Positions 59,863 to 64,000 of a DNA stretch of 64,000 bases are shown in pieces (within the stretch, counting starts at the first letter, position 1; each line of letters opens with the position of its first letter). The DNA is from Abditibacteriaceae bacterium. GTDB taxonomy: Bacteria; Armatimonadota; Abditibacteriia; Abditibacteriales; Abditibacteriaceae. Below the pieces are notes generated by a model. The model did no database searches. It was not told the origin of the DNA and worked only from the letters and a program-made list of their open reading frames with translations. The position numbers were made by a program, and so were the translations under genes. Where the stretch lies: NCBI GenBank assembly GCA_965277285.1, contig OZ255721.1, positions 576,001 through 640,000 of the forward strand, given 5' to 3'.

Positions 59863-59890
59863 GTACGGGCGAGGCATGTCTCGCCCGTAC
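59863..59890. repeat. Short REP-like hairpin
   Basis: GTACGGGCGAGGCATGTCTCGCCCGTAC. Confidence 0.6.
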
Positions 59891-59968
59891 AAACATTGAC
59901 TCGATTCGCGGTGCGTTATAATCAAGCGCGTCATTTCTTTCAACCAAAAGACTTCCGTCAAACTTTCG

Positions 59969-62227
59969 ATGAAAACGCCGACCAAACCAAAAACGAAAAA
60001 CCTGGCGCGTCGGCTCTCAACTTCCAGCCGAAGCACGCGTGTTGTATCGCGCGAAGATCGAGTACTCGATTTGCCTTTAAAAGTGCCGTTGGAATTGGGT
60101 TTCGTGTCGCGCGCGCAAACGTTCGCGTTTGTTTTGTCGTGCCTGAGCATTTTGGTTTCGCCGTATTTGTTTTCCGGTTTCTGGCCTGTTACGCGCGACT
60201 ACGGAACGCAATCGTTTTTCAGCGTTTTAGCGGCGTGCGCGGCGTTGTTGCTGGCGCTCAGCCCGCGCAATGAAGCGCAGCCATCGTTGAAAAACTGGCC
60301 ACTCGCTTCGCATTTATTGATCGCGTTTTTCGCTTGGTGCGCGCTATCGTGTGTAGCGAGCGTTTACTGGCACGACACGATTTTGGAAATTGCACGCATT
60401 GGAACGGGCGCCGCGTGGTTCCTGATTTTGCGCGAATTGTTGCGTTTTGGCGTGGCCACAACGGACAATCGAGTACTCGATTCGCGCGCTTTGTGTTTGA
60501 TGTTGGCGGCGTTTTGTGGTTTGGCCATCGTCTGCGTTTTATCGTTACTGGATTTTTTGCGTACGCACAATCCGCGCCAATTCGGTACGTTTTTTAATCC
60601 GAACTTGTTTGCGACGGCGTGCGCCATGACCTTGCCGTTGTCACTCGGCGCGACTTTGAGCGCCTGGCGTTGGGCGCGCCGCGAACGTCCCTCGTTGACA
60701 GTTTTTGTTGTTGCGATGGGCACGCTGCTTTCCTTGTTAATTTTGGGCGGCTTGATTGTCACTTCCAGCAAAGGCGGTTTTCTGGCGGCTTTGGTTGCGC
60801 TGATGGTTTTCGCTTTTGGTTTGTGGCGCGCGCAAAGCCTCAATTTGAAGAAGGTGTGGCGCGCCAACAATTTGTTGATTTTCGCCGCTTTGCTGCTGGT
60901 TTTGGTAGTTGGCGGCGCGCTGGCGACCAAAACGATTTTGCCGCGTTTGCGACAGGCTGGCGGCAGCGACGACAACTCGACGATGTTTCGCGTTTATACG
61001 TGGAAAAGCACCGTGAAAATGGCGCAGGCTCGTCCGATTTTCGGCTGGGGCGCAGGCGGTTTCGCGCAGGCGCACGATCAATTTGCGACGGTTGGAACAA
61101 CCAAAAGCGCGCACCAATCGTGGCTGCAAATCGCGGCGGAACAGGGCTTTCCTGCCTTGATTTTGCTGGCGGCTGCAACATTCGCGTTTCTCTTGCGCGG
61201 CTGGCGCGCCCTGAAAACATCGCATTGGCCGCAAAGTTTGGGCGCTCTTGGTGCGATTGTCGCGTTCGCCGTTCATGGTTTGACGGATGCCGGCTGGAGC
61301 GTTTCGTCGGTCGTGTTTTTGTTGATGCTTGCCTTCGCTTTGCTGGATGCGACAGGAGAACCAAATGCGCCAATCAAGTATTCGAATCGAGAAGAAAACG
61401 CGCGTGAAGCCTCTTCGCGTTTGCGCTGGGGCTGGCTTGCGCTGGTTTTATTGACGGGCGCGTTTTCATGGTCGGCGCAACGCGCGGCGAATGGTGAAGA
61501 TGCGCGCACTGCTTCGGAAAAAATGGCGCGACAGGGCCAACTGGCGCCCGCGCTTGAAACCGCGCAAGACGCACTGGACGCTGATCCTCTGGCTTACAAT
61601 TTGTGGCTCCACATAGCGAATTTGCGTTTGGCGAATGGCGAAGCGTCACTGGCGGAAAGCGCTTTTGCGCACGCGACGCAACTCAATCCCCGAAACCCTG
61701 TTCCATGGCGCGCTTGGGCCAATTCGCGCGGCAATGCGCACCAATCGAGTACTGGAAATAGCGTTTATTCAACTACAAATAGGGTTTATTCAACCGAAGC
61801 GTTTGGCGAAGCGTTGTGGGACAATGCGGTTCGTTGCGCGCCGCACGATTCTTCGCTTTTGTTGTCGCGCGCGAAGTGGCGTTTGTCGCAGAACCCGAAC
61901 GATGCGCAAGCCTGGAACGATCTGGAAATTGTCGTGGGCGAACGTGATGCGCCGTATGGCCGCTACGCCGCCGTCGGCGATTACGTTAACCTCGATTTCG
62001 CGCGCGCTTCGGTTTTGCTGGCACAACGCGACTTGAAAAACGGCGATAAAAATCGTGTCCAAGCTCTGGTGAAAAACGCTTTATCCGATGTCGCGCTGGC
62101 GCAAGGCAAAGTCGCGCAGCAAAAAGAAGTCGCGGCGGCCAATGCCGATTCGGACACCAATTTGGGGCCGCCCAAAGACTTGGACGAATTGCGAAATCAA
62201 TTGAAAGCGTTGCAGGCCAGCGAATAA
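59969..62227 (+). CDS. O-antigen ligase (Wzy_C) family membrane protein with C-terminal TPR repeats
   Basis: GTFFNPN, TSSKGG, R..TW..PIFGWGAGGF, AHQSWLQIAAEQG, VHGLTD and a TPR-like tail. Confidence 0.85.
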   Translation: MKTPTKPKTKNLARRLSTSSRSTRVVSREDRVLDLPLKVPLELGFVSRAQTFAFVLSCLSILVSPYLFSGFWPVTRDYGTQSFFSVLAACAALLLALSPRNEAQPSLKNWPLASHLLIAFFAWCALSCVASVYWHDTILEIARIGTGAAWFLILRELLRFGVATTDNRVLDSRALCLMLAAFCGLAIVCVLSLLDFLRTHNPRQFGTFFNPNLFATACAMTLPLSLGATLSAWRWARRERPSLTVFVVAMGTLLSLLILGGLIVTSSKGGFLAALVALMVFAFGLWRAQSLNLKKVWRANNLLIFAALLLVLVVGGALATKTILPRLRQAGGSDDNSTMFRVYTWKSTVKMAQARPIFGWGAGGFAQAHDQFATVGTTKSAHQSWLQIAAEQGFPALILLAAATFAFLLRGWRALKTSHWPQSLGALGAIVAFAVHGLTDAGWSVSSVVFLLMLAFALLDATGEPNAPIKYSNREENAREASSRLRWGWLALVLLTGAFSWSAQRAANGEDARTASEKMARQGQLAPALETAQDALDADPLAYNLWLHIANLRLANGEASLAESAFAHATQLNPRNPVPWRAWANSRGNAHQSSTGNSVYSTTNRVYSTEAFGEALWDNAVRCAPHDSSLLLSRAKWRLSQNPNDAQAWNDLEIVVGERDAPYGRYAAVGDYVNLDFARASVLLAQRDLKNGDKNRVQALVKNALSDVALAQGKVAQQKEVAAANADSDTNLGPPKDLDELRNQLKALQASE

Positions 62228-62317
62228 ATTCGCCGCCATAAAAGGTGTCAACCTTCGTTGACACAACACAAGTGGCAGCCGTGTCGGTGCAGACCGACAC
62301 CTTTTCTGGCGGCGAAT
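62228..62317. repeat. Inverted repeat with two nested hairpins
   Basis: ATTCGCCGCCATAAAAGGTGTC ... GACACCTTTTCTGGCGGCGAAT. Inner GTGTCAAC/GTTGACAC and GTGTCGGT/ACCGACAC. Confidence 0.7.
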
Positions 62318-62350
62318 GGATTCGCTGCTTCCATTGCAAAAGGAACTTTG

Positions 62351-62779
62351 ATGAAAACCGTTTTAGTTCTCAGCGGCCCGAATTTGAACTTGCTGGGCAC
62401 GCGCGAAATCGGCATTTACGGACGCCTAACTTTGGACGATATCAACGCGCAATTGAAAACATTGGGCGAAACATTGGGCGTTGAAGTACGCGCGGCGCAC
62501 AGCAACCACGAAGGCGTTTTGATCGACATTTTGCACGCGCGCGATTTCGATGCGGTCGTTTTGAACGCGGGCGCCCTGACACATTATTCCTATGCCTTGC
62601 GCGATGCCATTGCCGCGATCCAAAAGCCGGTCGTCGAAGTGCATTTGTCGAACACCGCCAAGCGCGAAGAATGGCGCCACAAAAGTGTGGTTTCCGCCGT
62701 CTGCGCGGGCACAATTTTGGGCTTCGGCGTTCTCAGTTACGAACTGGGCTTGCGCGCCGCTGTTGAGTTGTCGAAATAA
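62351..62779 (+). CDS. aroQ: Type II 3-dehydroquinate dehydratase
   Basis: GPNLNLLGTRE, SNHEG, NAGALTHYSYALRDA and EVHLSN. Confidence 0.96.
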   Translation: MKTVLVLSGPNLNLLGTREIGIYGRLTLDDINAQLKTLGETLGVEVRAAHSNHEGVLIDILHARDFDAVVLNAGALTHYSYALRDAIAAIQKPVVEVHLSNTAKREEWRHKSVVSAVCAGTILGFGVLSYELGLRAAVELSK

Positions 62780-62792
62780 CGTTCGTGTCGTT

Positions 62793-62881
62793 GTAGGGGC
62801 GCACGGCGTGCGCCCTGTACTTACACATTTCGAAACGTTGTGCGTGATACCATGACAAGGGCGCACGCCATGCCCCCCTAC
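62793..62881. repeat. GTAG-type REP inverted pair
   Basis: GTAGGGGCGCACGGCGTGCGCCCT ... AGGGCGCACGCCATGCCCCCCTAC. Confidence 0.75.
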
Positions 62882-62909
62882 GAAAACTTCTGATAATCGA
62901 GTACTCGAT

Positions 62910-63986
62910 ATGAATTATTCTCTCCGTTTACAAAAGTTGCGCGCGTCGTTGTCGTCCCTCGAATGCGATGCGCTGGTCGTCACCAATTTGACGAATGTTC
63001 GCTATCTTTGCGGATTTTTCGGCTCGTCCGGCTTGGCGATTGTGGCGAGCGACAAAACCTTTTTTGTCACCGATTTTCGTTATCAATCGCAGGCGGCGCA
63101 GCAAGTGCCCAGCGAATGCGAAATCGTTATCGCGCGCGAAGGCTTGTGGAAAGAAGCCGCGCGTTTGCTGGAAAAAACGCCGCGCATCGGTTTTGAGGCG
63201 GAGCATATTTCGGTCGCCACGCGCGAAGAAATTGGCGAACTGTTGCCGAACGCGCAACTAATTTCGACCAAACGCGCGGTAGAAGAATTGCGCTTGTTCA
63301 AAGACGCCGACGAAATTGCGATCATCGAGCGCGCCGTGAAAGTCATCGACGATTGTTTTGAACACATTTGCAGATTTATCCAGCCGGGGCAAAGCGAACG
63401 CGAAATCGCGCTTGAACTGGAACGCTTGATGCGCGAACTCGGCGCCAGCGGCCCCAGTTTCGATACCATTGTCGCCAGCGGCGTGCGTGGCGCTTTGCCG
63501 CACGGCATCGCGTCCGACAAAATCGTCGAGCGCGGCGACATGATCACTATCGACATGGGCGCGATTGTTGACGGCTATTGTTCCGACGCCACGCGCACGT
63601 TTTGCTTGGGCGAACCGACAGCCGAACAGCAACGCATTTACGGCCTTGTGTGGGACGCGCAAATCGTTGCTTCCAACGCGTTGCGCGCGGGCTTGAGTTG
63701 CTTCGATGCTGACGAAATCGCGCGAAAAATTATCCGCGATGCAGGTTTGGTCGAAGCGTTCGGGCACGGTTTGGGACACGGCGTCGGCATGGAAATCCAC
63801 GAGGCGCCGCGCCTGTCGTTTCTGGGTAAAGGCGACTTGCAAGCCGGCATGATCGTGACTTGCGAGCCAGGCATTTATCTGGACGGATTCGGCGGCGTAC
63901 GCATCGAAGATATGCTGCTCATCACCGAAGACGGCCATCGAGTACTCACAAAGGCGACCAAACCGCGCGAAATTATCGCGTTGTAA
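62910..63986 (+). CDS. Xaa-Pro peptidase (M24B)
   Basis: TDFRY, SFDTIVASG, PHG, DMGA..YCSDATRT, HGLGHGVG, EPGIY and GVRIED. Confidence 0.93.
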   Translation: MNYSLRLQKLRASLSSLECDALVVTNLTNVRYLCGFFGSSGLAIVASDKTFFVTDFRYQSQAAQQVPSECEIVIAREGLWKEAARLLEKTPRIGFEAEHISVATREEIGELLPNAQLISTKRAVEELRLFKDADEIAIIERAVKVIDDCFEHICRFIQPGQSEREIALELERLMRELGASGPSFDTIVASGVRGALPHGIASDKIVERGDMITIDMGAIVDGYCSDATRTFCLGEPTAEQQRIYGLVWDAQIVASNALRAGLSCFDADEIARKIIRDAGLVEAFGHGLGHGVGMEIHEAPRLSFLGKGDLQAGMIVTCEPGIYLDGFGGVRIEDMLLITEDGHRVLTKATKPREIIAL

Positions 63987-64000
63987 TATCGAGGTTTTAT

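Larger units (their letters stand above)
2256..62908. repeat. Dispersed highly iterated palindrome TCGAGTACTCGA (about 43 perfect copies)
   Basis: Perfect 12-mers start at 2256, 7108, 8734, 12948, 16493, 17762, 20085, 21263, 22595, 23224, 25104, 26012, 29629, 31722, 32468, 33735, 34301, 34936, 35555, 36129, 36509, 37495, 37663, 39995, 41597, 42554, 43084, 43531, 45538, 46880, 48380, 48753, 49736, 50896, 51575, 53031, 54789, 55783, 56691, 57721, 60058, 60469 and 62897. Near-matches at about 2576, 3688, 5743, 10460, 12130, 15415, 16506, 27082, 27978, 29054, 30280, 38252, 45711, 47009, 47643, 53979, 58227, 61374, 61745 and 63938. Confidence 0.97.

Noticed and set aside
2256..62908. The 12-mer as a CRISPR repeat, integron attC site or cloning linker
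   Set aside because: It is too short and irregularly spaced, and no cas or intI gene is present. It is embedded in-frame in intact genes and has a spectrum of degenerate copies, which argues against linker artefacts.

Overview
This is a 64 kb bacterial chromosome segment. It is probably Abditibacteriota/Armatimonadota-like; that is an inference from the style of the DUF1559 pilin-like gene and the gene content. In order it holds pepD, a tRNA-Ile with a rare UAU anticodon, a LacI-controlled sugar locus (araFGH-type ABC transporter, two GH2 hydrolases, a DUF1559 pilin-like gene) and a giant CtpH/I-like P-type ATPase cluster. Next come a glycine cleavage operon broken up by inserted genes (IS5, cobB, algI/algJ-like), a PMI-like gene, pgi, tRNA-Leu, an isolated nuoAB pair, two-component genes, glf with a glycosyltransferase, nadA, aroQ and an Xaa-Pro peptidase. 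The main unexplained signal is a highly iterated 12-bp palindrome, TCGAGTACTCGA (usually W-TCGAGTACTCGA-W). By eye I count about 43 perfect copies and about 20 near-matches; chance expectation for the perfect 12-mer is about 0.004. Copies lie inside genes in all three frames (SSTR / xEYSx / RVL[DE]), next to start and stop codons, and within a terminator. This resembles cyanobacterial HIP1 but is longer and has a different sequence. At least three REP/REPIN-like inverted-repeat families are also present. All counts and coordinates were read manually.
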